From Macrostomum hystrix (lineage: Eukaryota > Animalia > Platyhelminthes): a stretch of 64,000 bases of DNA. The DNA lies in the NCBI GenBank assembly GCA_950097015.1, contig CATNEN010000039.1, forward strand, positions 15,190,001 through 15,254,000, written 5' to 3'. The notes beneath the pieces were generated by a model. It had not been told where the DNA came from. It saw only the letters and a program-made list of their open reading frames with translations, and made no database searches. The first letter of the stretch is position 1; every line of letters starts with the position of its first letter. Positions 43,960-56,139 of the stretch are shown here, one piece after another. A program made the position numbers and the translations under genes.

Positions 43960-46440
43960 TGTCGTCAACATTCTTGCTTCTTTTTACACCTTCTCCACCA
44001 CTCCCAATACCTCAGAGCTTCCTTGGGGTTCTCGCTAACAATCTACATTCCTCATTCCACGTCTCTCAGCGCTCTGCTCATCGGGTGCTTACCCCCTGCT
44101 TCCAGCGCCTGCAGGCTGCTTTTGCTGTCGGTTGCCACCACCGCATTCTTCCATCCCTCCTTTTCGCTCAACCACTTGGCCGCCGCCAGCAGTGCGTACA
44201 TCTCCGCTTGCATTGACGAGGCCATCCGCCCTGCAGGTACTCTCAGCTCATCGACTCGTTTTTCGTCCAGCTTCTTGTATATCGCTACTCCTCCTCCACC
44301 GTTTCCCTGCTTCGCGACCGAGCCATCCGTGAAGAGCACCCAGTCGGCGTCTCTTGCTGCTTCTCTCAGTCTCTCCATGCCCATTCTTCTGCAAGCCGTC
44401 AGATCTTCCCCTCTCAGCCCTTTTGCCACCACTTTCATTCCTTTTGTTGTCTGCCATGGTGGCTCCCCTCCGACGTCCTCAAACAGGCTGACCTCCAGCT
44501 CCCATTGCCTCATCAGTTTCCATGCCATACTCCTCCAGCTCTCTCTCTTGAGTCTCGTTGTCTCCGTTTCTTTCGACAATTTCCCTCTCAGCGATTCTTC
44601 TGGGCACCTGAGCATCCTATCCAGCTTCACCAACGCCCTCCATCTGGCCATTTCCTGCAGCTCTTCCAGCCCGCTTTCTTCCCTCACTCCGTCGATTGGG
44701 GTGGTAGCCACCAGCCCCGCAATGATTCTCGCCGCTCTTCTCTGAAGCACCTCCAATCTCTCCCAGTTCCTTTAATTCAGCGATGGCATCCACGCAGGGG
44801 CCCCATACATGATCTTTGAGGCTATTAACGCAGTTTACGTTTGCCTGAGGATGTTACTCGGCCAGCCCCAGTCGCTGCCTGCTAGTCTTCTGAGCAATTG
44901 TATCCGGTTCTTGCAGGCCGCCAGAATCTCTTGCACGTGCTTGTCAAACCTTAGCGTTTTATCGTTAGTTAACCCAAGGAACTTCCGGTTTTGGCACCAT
45001 TTGATAGGAGTGTCTCCGATCTTAACCATCCGGCTCCCTTCTATCCTGCTTTTCCTGCCAAGGCTGAACAGCGTCAACGTGCATATCCCTGCAGAGACCG
45101 GCATTAGCCACCTGCTGCTCCACTCCTCCACCAGCTTCACCACCTTCTCCACCTTTTTACCGCCTCCTCCTCCTCTTTGCTGCAGATCAATGAAGATCAA
45201 AAACAGCACCGGCGATAACACTGAGCATTGTGGCAAACCCTGTTTCATACGGACAACCTTGCTCAATTTACCTTCGTATCGCACTTGCGCCAGCCTGTTG
45301 GTTAACCAGCTCCGCAGCCATCTCACCATCCTCTTGCTTAGGCCTTTTCCAACGCCTTCCACAGGAGTCCGCTTCTCCAGACCTTGTCAAGGGCTCTCTC
45401 GAAATCAAACAACGCGAGCACTCCTTTTTCTCCCCTCTGAAGGGCATTCTCCATCGCTTGGGTCAGCCGGAGCAGTTGGTCTTCAGTGGAGCGTCCTGCC
45501 CTGAACCCTGCTTGGCTGTCACTAAGCAGCCCTCGACTCTCCAGGTGGTGTTGGACTCGATTCGTTAAAATTCTTTCCATCCATTTATTTAGGCAGGATG
45601 TGAGACTGACCGGTCTGTAGGCACTAACCTGCGCCGCGTCCTTGCCCAGCTTGAGCAGGGGCACGATCACTGCCCGTCTCCAGTTCTGTGGCACCTCCGC
45701 TTTGTAGAAGGAGGACTGGAAGAGGACGTGCACCACTTCCACCATCTTTTCCGGCAGCTCCTTGAGCAATTTTGGGTGTATGCCGTCTCCTCCCGCCGCC
45801 TTGCTTCCATCCTTGTCCGCAAGCATCTTCCGCACCTCCTCCATACTGATCTCCTGCTCATCCGACCAATCCGGACCCACCTCCTTCAGCCGGCGGCTCA
45901 CCTCCTTCTTAGCCCAGTTTTGGTTCTTCGGCTCCTTGTTGTTACTGACCGCTCTGTACTCTTTCGCAAAGGCTCCTGCTTTGGCTCAGTCACTCCGGTA
46001 TTGTGACCGCATGCGTGACCGACTCTTCCTCGCCGTGGCTCCACGGGCAGGTGGCAGGCGACTCCTGGTCGAGGCGGTGCTTGTAACTGGCCAGGTGAAG
46101 GCAGAAACCCGACTGGAGTTGGGCTAGCGTGGCCCGGGCGAAGCGCGGCAACTGCGTCTCGGAAGCGTCAATCACAGGCGGTGGCGCTCCGAGGACCCGG
46201 TTAGGCAGCTCCACTCTGCTTCTTCTTTCTTCTTCCTTCTTCTTTGTAGAAAATACCCTCCTTGACCAGGAACGCCAGCCCTCCGCCTCTGGCCTTCCAT
46301 CCTCCTCCCTGACTTTCTCTGTCTTGCCGAATCAACGCGTACCCAGGCACTGCTCTGAAATCATCCTCTTCTCTGAGTTTCGTTTCTTGCACCATCGCCA
46401 CATCCACCTGCTGCGCTTGCTGCTGTTTCTGGAATGGACG
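43960..46440 (-). mobile_element. Degraded, rearranged I-group LINE
   Basis: Endonuclease N-terminus (VQETKL...RGGGLAFLV, 46200-46420), RT pieces (AYRPVSLTS, QAGFR, GLPQ) and RNase H (FTDGS), with stops and deletions. A foreign LINE 3' fragment lies at 45990-46200. Confidence 0.85.
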
Positions 46441-46607
46441 CTGATAGGGTTGTTTTTTTGCTACTGCTGCTCTTGCCGTTGCAATGGTTGCTGGTTCTGC
46501 GGCCGATGCTATCGATTCTGCTGATGCTGCTGATGCAACAAACGCTGGTTCTGCTGCGGCTGCGGCTTCGGCTGCTGCTGATGCTGCAGCGATTGCCGTG
46601 GCTGCTG

Positions 46608-47219
46608 TCACTGTACAGACAGCTGGGCAAGAGATCCAACGCCGCTGCCGATGCTGGCGGGACTGCAGCTGCCAATTCCGCTGGTCGAGGCCGACGTAAA
46701 CGAGGCCCCAGAGTCAACAGGCGGTCTCGCGTCGGCATCCTCGCCGAAAGTTTCAGCAAAGCCACAATTGTTATAGAAGCCAACCCCGATGGGTACGACA
46801 GACGCTGAATTGCTAGTTGTCGCTGGTGCAACGACCGGCTCGTCTGGCAGCTCAGGCACGGCCGAGTACCTGCTGGTCGGCCGGATGCCCAGTCGGGCGC
46901 ACTGAATCAGGCGGACCTCGTCTACTCGCTTCTTGACCAAGCGGAAGTGCACGCCGAAGACGATCATTAGTGCGGCCCCGATAACAAGCAGAGCCACTCC
47001 AACGTAGTTGGCCGCTTTTGCTCCCACGGCTCCACTGCGATTGACCGAGTACACTGAACTGTTGTCGTTAGCCTCTCCGACCATCACGCAGACGAGGCCT
47101 ATGATAATGCAGGCCAAACTGGCCGCGAACTCAATCCAACAGGGCCGGGTGGCCGGCGTGCAGATTGACTCGTGAGTGCCAGAACTGCTGCTGCTTACCG
47201 ACTGACAGTCGGAAGACAT
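46608..47219 (-). CDS. Hypothetical two-transmembrane protein (~203 aa)
   Basis: Single-exon ORF with two hydrophobic helices (FAASLACIIIGLVCVMVG; YVGVALLVIGAALMIVFGV) and a Pro/Ser-rich tail containing tyrosines. No family recognised. Confidence 0.6.
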   Translation of the reverse strand: MSSDCQSVSSSSSGTHESICTPATRPCWIEFAASLACIIIGLVCVMVGEANDNSSVYSVNRSGAVGAKAANYVGVALLVIGAALMIVFGVHFRLVKKRVDEVRLIQCARLGIRPTSRYSAVPELPDEPVVAPATTSNSASVVPIGVGFYNNCGFAETFGEDADARPPVDSGASFTSASTSGIGSCSPASIGSGVGSLAQLSVQ

Positions 47220-47534
47220 GCTCAAGCTGTGCTCAAACTGTTCTAGACTTATTTAACACCGGTTAAATCATCTTTAGATAATCTAAAGTCGAAAATACTG
47301 AAGACTCTGACTGTCAGCAGGTAAATATTAATGAAGTAGGAATTGACTGTGCTCGGCAGAAGTACTCTCAGTCGGCTAAATATGGCGACCTCTCCAGGGG
47401 TCGGAGTCGATCGAAGCCAATAGCCTGGGATCTGGAGGAGGGGGAGAGCTGGGGAGAATGGCAGAAAGTGAAGGAATTCAGCTGTGTGAGCTCCGCTGAG
47501 TTTAAACCTTCTCTTCCTTCTACTGTCTCTTCTT

Positions 47535-47815
47535 GTACACCTATTTCTCAACCTAACAAACAACAACAAAGTACGCTGTCAAGATCAAATTGCAGCGTCA
47601 GAAGGCGTGCCTCAGGGCCTGGGCGTGAATGTGCGCGGGGCCGCCGGCAGTGTCCGGGGCGCGGGCGTCTGCTAGCAGGCAGTCGACGAAGCGCCGGATG
47701 CGCGCCTGCCCTCGCCGGTAGGGTGCCTGCAGCGTGAGCTTCGGCGCGAATGAGGTGGCCCGCCAGCTGAAGTCGCCTGCGGCACAGCAACTCGTTTGGA
47801 CGAGCAAGCAATAAC
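47535..47815 (-). mobile_element. Short 3' fragment of an RTE-like LINE
   Basis: LLCRRRLQLAGHLIRAE resembles the RTE C-terminal RRLxxxGH motif. Ends in a GTT tail. Confidence 0.5.
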
Positions 47816-47817
47816 AA

Positions 47818-48040
47818 GCAATACTGTTAGACACCCAATACTGTTAGACACCCAATACTGTTAGACATCCAATACTGTTAGACACCCAATACTGTTAGAC
47901 ACCCGATACTGTTAGACACCCAATACTGTTAGACACCCAATTCTGTTAGACACCCAATACTGTTAGACACCCAATACTGTTAGACACCCAATACTGTTAG
48001 ACACCCAATACTGTTAGACACCCAAGACTGTTAGAGAACC
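47818..48040. repeat. 17-bp tandem repeat CAATACTGTTAGACACC
   Basis: Directly visible array. Confidence 0.95.
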
Positions 48041-49071
48041 AAGACAAGAAATCTTATCTAAGACGGTGTCTCATGTCTCATCAATATATTTTTCCACTCT
48101 CATGCCCCTCTCATTTCTCCCCTTTACTCTTTTGTCCGTCTCACCTCTCCCCTGTGTCTTCTAAGCGTGTCTCAATGTCTTGTTGCCAAGGCCTCAATGT
48201 CCAATCTTTTTCTTTGTGCCTCTTCAGTCTTTTCAGTCGTTGCTTCCAGAGCATCGTTTTGCAAAGTGGTGGTAAGAACAGTGTGTAGACAATCCCATGA
48301 GCACGACTCATTGTGAGGCCCCACCCAGACACTTCAAAATCCTGTCCCTCCGCTCTCTATTATTATTCGGGTTGATTGGAACTTGAAAGTGCTTTTTCAA
48401 TCACGATTCGGAATGTGCGATTCAGGATCTGCGATTTGGGATCTGAGATCTGTCGAATGAGATATAGGATCTCGGATGTAGGATCAGCGTATCCCATATT
48501 GGATGTATTTTCTGGGATCTGGGATCTGTGGTATAGGATGTGGGATCTGAGGTGCGGAGGAATCTGAGAAAGAACGATTTGATGTGATTGAAGAAAGTTA
48601 ACTTGTTTTCGTTAACCTGGCTCTGTCTAAAAAGTCTGTCAAATATGGGCCCATGGGAAGCATTCATTCGATGCATGTAAAGTGCAATACTTCTTTGTTA
48701 GAGAGAAACTCCAACAAGCTAGAGAGATTTCTAATATAATAGTACAACAGAAAAGTTCATCTCAGAAAAGTCATGCACGAAAAAAGCAAAGTAGAGCTGA
48801 AATTTGACATAGACAAAAGGCGGGCACCCCTGTGTCAGCCAGCGCTGCCATAGACCGAGCCGGCTCGGACCTGCATTTTCTGCAGCATATTGAAGGGGCA
48901 GCGGCCCGAAACGAAGAATCAAATCCAACAACTGACAACACTCGACTGAGCATTCTGGCCGATTCTACTCAGCCGCTGCAAATCGGATCAAGAATTGACT
49001 GCAGTTCAACTGCCACCTGCCAGCTAATCGACCAAATCTAACTGGGCTATTCGGAATCGAAGCTGGCAATC

Positions 49072-49952
49072 ATGACGACTATGAAGCTGGTTATTGTTTG
49101 CGTGTTTCTTGCACTTGGAGGCATTCAGCTGGCTGATTGTATTAAATGTATCTGGTCGAAAAATAGAAGAGTATCATTTTCTGACTATAAGAATGACGAT
49201 ACTGCTACAGATTGTACTCCTGCCAGCGTCACCAAGTGTAAAGTGGAATATCAACCTGAAGGTTCAGCAAAATTTTTTCGTCGCGAAGTGGTGAGCAACC
49301 GAATGAATTAAACAAATTTAATTTGCATATCAATTCAAAATCATAAAGCAACAGTTTGCCCTATAAATTTTGCCCTATGCGGAAACTTTTTTAGCTACTG
49401 AAATATGGTTGCGGTGCCTGTCCTGCTACAAAATATTGCAAAGACTGCACGGGTGATAACTGCAATAAAGCGAGTGTATTTAACTTGATCAATGATCTAG
49501 AACGTGATCTGGTACCATGCCTTGACTACAAGAAATGGCTGCCGGATGACAATAATCCTGATCAACGCGAAGGAGTGCAAGGTCCAACCGAAATTTTTTG
49601 CCCTCCATCAGAAAAGTGCTTTAAAATTGTTGTTAAAAGGTCTGTACCTCAATGGCATTTAAAAACCGCCATCGGCTGTGAAAAATGGATTACAAGATTT
49701 CAATACTTGTCTTTAGAGTCTCAAAGTTATGTTTTTAGAAAATATTCAATGCTTGAACGCTACGAATGCAGACCAAACGCAGAAAAATCAGATTGTATCC
49801 CATTAGGAATGTACACTCCGACTACAACCCCGACTACAACCCCGACTGCTGTGGATGCTTCGCACCAAAATTTGCTGTTCGTATCCGTAGTGCTCGGCTG
49901 CACGACGCTGCTAACGATGCTGCTTGCACAGTTTATTTGGTTTTGTTGTTGA
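49072..49952 (+). CDS. Cys-rich secreted or membrane-anchored protein (possible Ly6/three-finger-like), 2 exons, 258 aa
   Basis: Signal peptide MKLVIVCVFLALGGIQLADC. Exons 49072-49290 and 49395-49952 join in phase 0. Contains YGCGAC...CKDCTGDNCN, a Thr/Pro stalk, and a hydrophobic C-terminus (GPI or TM). Confidence 0.75.
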
Positions 49953-50221
49953 ATTTTTTTATTTTATTTTGAATCTTCTTTTCATTTTTTATGTACTGAA
50001 TGTACTGAATGTACTGAAAGCTCTGCCTGAAAATGTGCTGAAAAATCTAGGCGCCAAAAGTCTCCTCTCAATAATAACAAATAATCTTAATAACAAAAAC
50101 TGACCGATTTCCGTTGCAAATCCCAAGCATGCCAGGCTTGTCATATTTTATGACAAAATATACATATATATCTGTTCCGAATTATTTTATATATATATAT
50201 GAGAACACTAATCTGAGATTG

Positions 50222-51030
50222 CTCAGGTGAGATTAAGAACACTCAGATCAAAGACTGATCAGGTGAGATTGAGAACACTCAAATCAAAGACTGATCAGGT
50301 GAGATTGAGAACACTCAGATCAAAGACTGATCAGGTGAGATTGAGAACACTCAAATCAAAGACTGATCAGGTGAGATTGAGAACACTCAAATCAAAGACT
50401 GATCAGGTGAGATTGAGAACACTCAAATCAAAGACTGATCAGGTGAGATTGAGAACACTCAAATCAAAGACTGATCAGGTGAGATTGAGAACACTCAAAT
50501 CAAAGACTGATCAGGTGAGATTGAGAACACTCAAATCAAAGACTGATCAGGTGAGATTGAGAACACTCAGATCAAAGACTGATCAGGTGAGATTGAGAAC
50601 ACTCAAATCAAAGACTGATCAGGTGAGATTGAGAACACTTAAATCAAAGACTGATCAGGTGAGATTGAGAACACTCAAATCAAAGACTGATCAGGTGAGA
50701 TTGAGAACACTCAGATCAAAGACTGATCAGGTGAGATTGAGAACACTCAAATCAAAGACTGATCAGGTGAGATTGAGAACACTCAAATCAAAGACTGATC
50801 AGGTGAGATTGAGAACACTCAAATCAAAGACTGATCAGGTGAGATTGAGAACACTCAAATCAAAGACTGATCAGGTGAGATTGAGAACACTCAAATCAAA
50901 GACTGATCAGGTGAGATTGAGAACACTCAAATCAAAGACTGATCAGGTGAGATTGAGAACACTCAAATCAAAGACTGATCAGGTGAGATTGAGAACACTC
51001 AAATCAAAGACTCATAAGGTGAGATGGAGA
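50222..51030. repeat. 36-bp minisatellite CAGGTGAGATTGAGAACACTCAAATCAAAGACTGAT
   Basis: About 22 near-identical tandem units. Confidence 0.97.
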
Positions 51031-51349
51031 ATCACATAATAGAAAATGAAAAATGAAATTTAAGTTTCAATAAAATTTAAATTTAGGTCGGCTCGCTTAA
51101 AAAACAGAGGTCTGACCACAGTGCCGCCATGCCTGTAAGCCCGGTGAAACAGGGTGTACAGGTGCGGATTAAGCCTGTATCGCTGTCGAACGACCCGAAC
51201 CATTTGTTGGACACACTGGGGACACACCTGCTGATACACAGCCGGGTCCTGATCCTGCGGTGTTGTAGGTCAAGTCTTTGACATTACTATCAGCTGCTTG
51301 GCAAAATAGCTGCCGCGTGTGTTGTAAATACGGTGGAAACCTACTAAAG

Positions 51350-51740
51350 GAGCTAATACACCTGTTACCTTGACAGCTAGTACACCTGTTACTTTGACAG
51401 CTAATACACCTGTTACTTTGACAGCTAGTACACCTGTTACTTTGACAGCTAGTACACCTGTTACTTTGACAGCTAGTACACCTGTTACTTTGACAGCTAG
51501 TACACCTGTTACTTTGACAGCTAATACACCTGTTACTTTGACAGCTAGTACACCTGTTACTTTGACAGCTAATACACCTGTTACTTTGACAGCTAGTACA
51601 CCTGTTGCTTTGACAGCTAGTACACCTGTTGCTTTGACAGCTAGTACACCTGTTACTTTGACAGCTAATACACCTGTTACTTTGACAGCTAATACACCTG
51701 TTACTTTGACAGCTAATACACCTTTTACTTTGACAGCTAC
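51350..51740. repeat. 24-bp minisatellite ACAGCTAGTACACCTGTTACTTTG
   Basis: Tandem array flanked by ~34-bp direct repeats. Confidence 0.95.
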
Positions 51741-53399
51741 CGTATTTCGCGTAAATACGGTGGAAACCTACTAAAGGAGCTAATAATTGCCGGGATAATT
51801 CGACCGGCTGACGATCGGTTTCCGACGGCCTGGCGCTGATTGGCTCAGGGCCCGTCGAGTCGCCGATTCCATGGCGTAGCCGTAGAGACTGTGGATATTG
51901 TAGTGCAACTGCTGCTGCTGCCTAACCCAGACGTCACTATCCAGTGTGTGCTGAGCGTACATGCAGATTGATTTGTCTGACAGTTGGGCAATTTTTGAGT
52001 CGCGCTCCGAGTCCCAAAAATATGCGGCGCCTTTTAATGGAAATTTCGTTCTTGGAATTTTTAATCGGCGAAATTCAAAAGCGACGACTTAAGAAAATCA
52101 GCGATTCAAATATGCTCACTAGGCCTGTACGGCGGCATCTCAAGCAATGAGCTGTTGTCGCACTTCAGACTCCAGTAGGGCGTCTCATGCTCCGGCCAAT
52201 TCCACGGCTTCTTGTTTGTACCAAAGTTGGCCGGCTCGTTCATGTCCTGGGCGGAGGGAGAAAGAATAAATTTTATTGTAATTTTGAATCTGAACTTGTT
52301 TATCGTAACTTGCTACTTAGAAGTAGCTTATGCGCTAACCAGCCAGATTCCGTCAAATGGCACGCCACCGCTCTGGTGCTCCTGAATTAGCTGGGTCCAG
52401 TACTCCACCGAGGAGTTCTTGAAGAAGTCGACGAAAGCAACTTTTCCACTGGGCCACACCTGAAAATAAATAGAATTTTACTCACGAGCCTTGGCGCAGT
52501 AACGGAAGAAAGTTACTGAAGGTTTAAAAGCAAAGGAAAATATCGATGTTATAGAAGACTTAAAGTAATCGAGAAAAAGCAACGTAAACTATAAAGTAAC
52601 GGAATCTATGACAGTAACAAAATACTTCAAGCAACGGAGGATTTCAGAGTAACAGAAGACTGAAGACAACTATAAGAAGATATCATGGTACCTAAAATAT
52701 GAAAAATAAAGGAATACATAGAAGTAACTGACGACATCAAAGTAACGGTAGGCAACAAAGTAACGAAAGGCACCAAAGTAACTGAAGGCATCTATGTAAC
52801 GAAAGGCACCAAAGTACCGGAAGGCATCAAATTAACGGAAAACATCAAAGTAACGGTTAGACAAAAAATAACGAAAGGCATTAAAGTAACGGAAGGCATC
52901 TATGTAACGAAAGGCATCAAAGTAACGGATGGCATCAAAGAAATTAAAAGAAAGAAATTAAAAAACACACAAAATAACCAGAACATAAAACAGAACGGAA
53001 GACATCAAAGTAACGGAAGACATCAAAGTAACGGAAGGCATCTAAGGAACGAAAGGAATGAAAATAACGGAAAGAATCTAATAAACGGATGGCACCAAAT
53101 TAACGGATACTTTTTTAGGTTGATTTCCCTAAAGTAGGTAACGAAATGCGTTAATTAAAAGCTAAAACTCACGTAACCCAGCAGCACAGTGTCGTTAAGA
53201 AAGTCGGAATCTCCCGGCGGCATTTCGTCAGCCGATTGCCAACGCACAAAAGTGTCCATTTGGCGGCTCGAAGGGCCGATAGCCGGAGGAGTTGATGACA
53301 ACCACCGGATTCTTCGAATGCGAATAAAGCGGAGAAAGAATGTCAACTTGGCCCTCGAAGCTCCCAAATCCGGCCCGTTGCCTCTCCAACTCCTATAGT

Positions 53400-54510
53400 C
53401 CTGTCTTATCTTTCCCCTGTCTCATCTCTCTCATATGGAGATTGAGATTCTCATCTCTCCCGTGTCTCCTGTCTCATCTTTCCTGTCTCTCATCTGGTTT
53501 ATAGTTTATCCCATGTCTCATCTCTCGCCTATCTCATCTCATCCCTGTCTCATCTCTTCCCTGTCTCATCTCATCCCTGTCTCATCTCTCCCCTGTCTCA
53601 TCTCATCCCTGTCTCATCTCTCCCCTGTCTCATCTCTCCCCTGTCTCATCTCTCCCCTGTCTCATCTCTCCCCTGTCTCATCTCCTCCCTGTCTCATCTC
53701 TCCCCTGTCTCATCTCCTCCCTGTCTCATCTCTCCCCTGTCTCATCTCCTCCCTGTCTCATCTCTCCCCTGTCTCATCTCTCCCGTGTCTCCCGTCTCAT
53801 CTTTCCTGTCTCATCTCTCTCTCATCTGGTTTATAGTTTATCCCTTGTCTTATCCATCCTGTGTCTCATCTCTCCCTGTCTCATCTCTCTACTGTCTCAT
53901 CTCTCCCCTGTCTCATCTCTCCCCTGTCTCATTTCTCCCCTGTCTCATCTCTCCCCTGTCTTTTCTATCCCCTTTCTCATATTCCTACAGATAATGCGGC
54001 CCGCTGTCGTCTTTTAGGTTCTCTCCGTGGCCCGTACGCTAATAAGTTTGCCGACCCCTGTTGTAACGTTTTAAGGCTAAAATCCATCTATTCCATCAAT
54101 CTCCTCTCTCACTTCCCAATCTCCTCTCTCACTTCCCAATCTCCTCTCTCACTTCCCAATCTCCTCTCTCACTTCCCAATCTCCTCTCTCACTTCCCAAT
54201 CTCCTCTCTCACTCCCCAATCTCCTCTCTCCCTTCCCAATCTCCCCTCTCCCTTCCCAATCTCCCCTCTCACTTCCCAATCTCCCCTCTCACTTCCCAAT
54301 CTCCTCTCTCACTTCCCAATCTCCCCTCTCACTTCTCAATCTCCTCTTTCACTTCCCAATCTCCCTTCTCACTTCTCAATCTCCTCTTTCACTTCCCAAT
54401 CTCCCTTCTCACTTCTCAATCTCTCCTCTCACTTCCCAATCTGCTCTCTCACTTCCTAATCTCCTCTCTCACTTCCCAATCTCCTCTCTCACTTCCCAAT
54501 CTCCTCTCTT
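53400..54510. repeat. Pyrimidine-rich intronic minisatellites (CCCTGTCTCATCTCT; 20-bp CTCCTCTCTCACTTCCCAAT)
   Basis: Two arrays, 53400-53980 and 54095-54510. Confidence 0.9.
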
Positions 54511-55039
54511 ACTTCGTCAACTCTAACCTTCAATTATTCATTCTATATATTTTCTTATATTCAAATCTCTGCAACAGTTCTTTTCCTTTGTTTTTTCATC
54601 CTTTTTTCTAAGAAAGAGTAGAAGTAGGAACAGACTGACGCACCAAAATGGCTATATTCCTCAATCCGTATTGATTTCTCTGATCAACCAGATAGCTGTA
54701 CAGGCCGGCATAGTTGATTGGATCAAGGGTGAACACTCGCCTCTGGTCCAGGTGATCAATATCTAGGTGTACAGCGTCGATCGGCAGGCCGATTGCGCGA
54801 TTCCTAGAAAGCGTTTCGTTAATCTGGCTAAGGCTGCGGTAACCATAGCGACTAATGTGAAATCCCAGACTCCAGTAGGGTGGCAAATTTGGCTTCCCAA
54901 TCAGCTGATGGTATTGCGTAGCAACTGACTCCGGGTCCGGGCCAAGGAACATGAACAGGTCCAGGACACCTCCGGTGGTTCGATACACCAGGCGTGGACC
55001 AGGGCTGGTCACAAACTCTGCAAGGATTGGGATGAAAGC

Positions 55040-55858
55040 TCTGTCACCTGTCTGACTGATTCTGTCACCTGTCTGACTGATTCTGTCACCTGTCTGACTG
55101 ATTCTGTCACCTGTCTGACTGATTCTGTCACCTGTCTGACTGATTCTGTCACCTGTCTGACTGATTCTGTCACCTGTCTGATTGATTCTGTCACCTGTCT
55201 GACTGATTCTGTCACCTGTCTGACTGATTCTGTCACCTGTCTGACTGATTCTGTCACCTGTCTGACTGATTCTGTCACCTGTCTGACTGATTCTGTCACC
55301 TGTCTGATTGATTCTGTCACCTGTCTGACTGATTCTGTCACCTGTCTGACTGATTCTGTCACCTGTCTGATTGATTCTGTCACCTGTCTGATTGATTCTG
55401 TCACCTGTCTGACTGATTCTGTCACCTGTCTGACTGATTCTGTCACCTGTCTGACTGATTCTGTCACCTGTCTGATTGATTCTGTCACCTGTCTGATTGA
55501 TTCTGTCACCTGTCTGACTGATTCTGTCACCTGTCTGACTGATTCTGTCACCTGTCTGACTGATTCTGTCACCTGTCTGACTGATTCTGTCACCTGTCTG
55601 ACTGATTCTGTCACCTGTCTGACTGATTCTGTCACCTGTCTGACTGATTCTGTCACCTGTCTGACTGATTCTGTCACCTGTCTGACTGATTCTGTCACCT
55701 GTCTGACTGATTCTGTCACCTGTCTGACTGATTCTGTCACCTGTCTGACTGATTCTGTCACCTGTCTGACTGATTCTGTCACCTGTCTGACTGATTCTGT
55801 CACCTGTCTGACTGATTCTGTCACCTGTCTGACTGATTCTGTCACCTGTCTGACTGAT
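55040..55858. repeat. 21-bp minisatellite TCTGTCACCTGTCTGACTGAT
   Basis: About 39 near-identical units in a GH31 intron. Confidence 0.97.
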
Positions 55859-56139
55859 ACATTCGTTAACCTGTTGTTTTCCAAACCTTTTTCAGTGACC
55901 CATCAGTGAAGAATACAGATAGCCACCAGTTAAACCATCAATAAGAAGCAGTGAACTCTGACTTCAATGCTCACCCATGGCGTTGCTGTTCCAGAGTAGT
56001 GCACCGTGAGCACTGTTATCTTGTTCAAGACTCATGTAGAACGGGTGCACTCCGTAGTGATTGCGCTGCTCCTGTTAGTTAGGTAGGACGGGTCAGGTCA
56101 GGGACTGGTCAGATTATCACATTTGGATGTCGGATTAGT

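Noticed and set aside
37358-46127. Numerous + strand ORFs over the LINE cluster
   Set aside because: They are antisense shadows of GC-rich retrotransposon coding sequence.
50227-51039. Repeat-derived ORFs here and at 2121-2503, 2928-4058, 51370-51774, 53435-54526, 55009-55884 and 56786-57386
   Set aside because: These are translations of intronic or intergenic minisatellites, with no splice or domain support.
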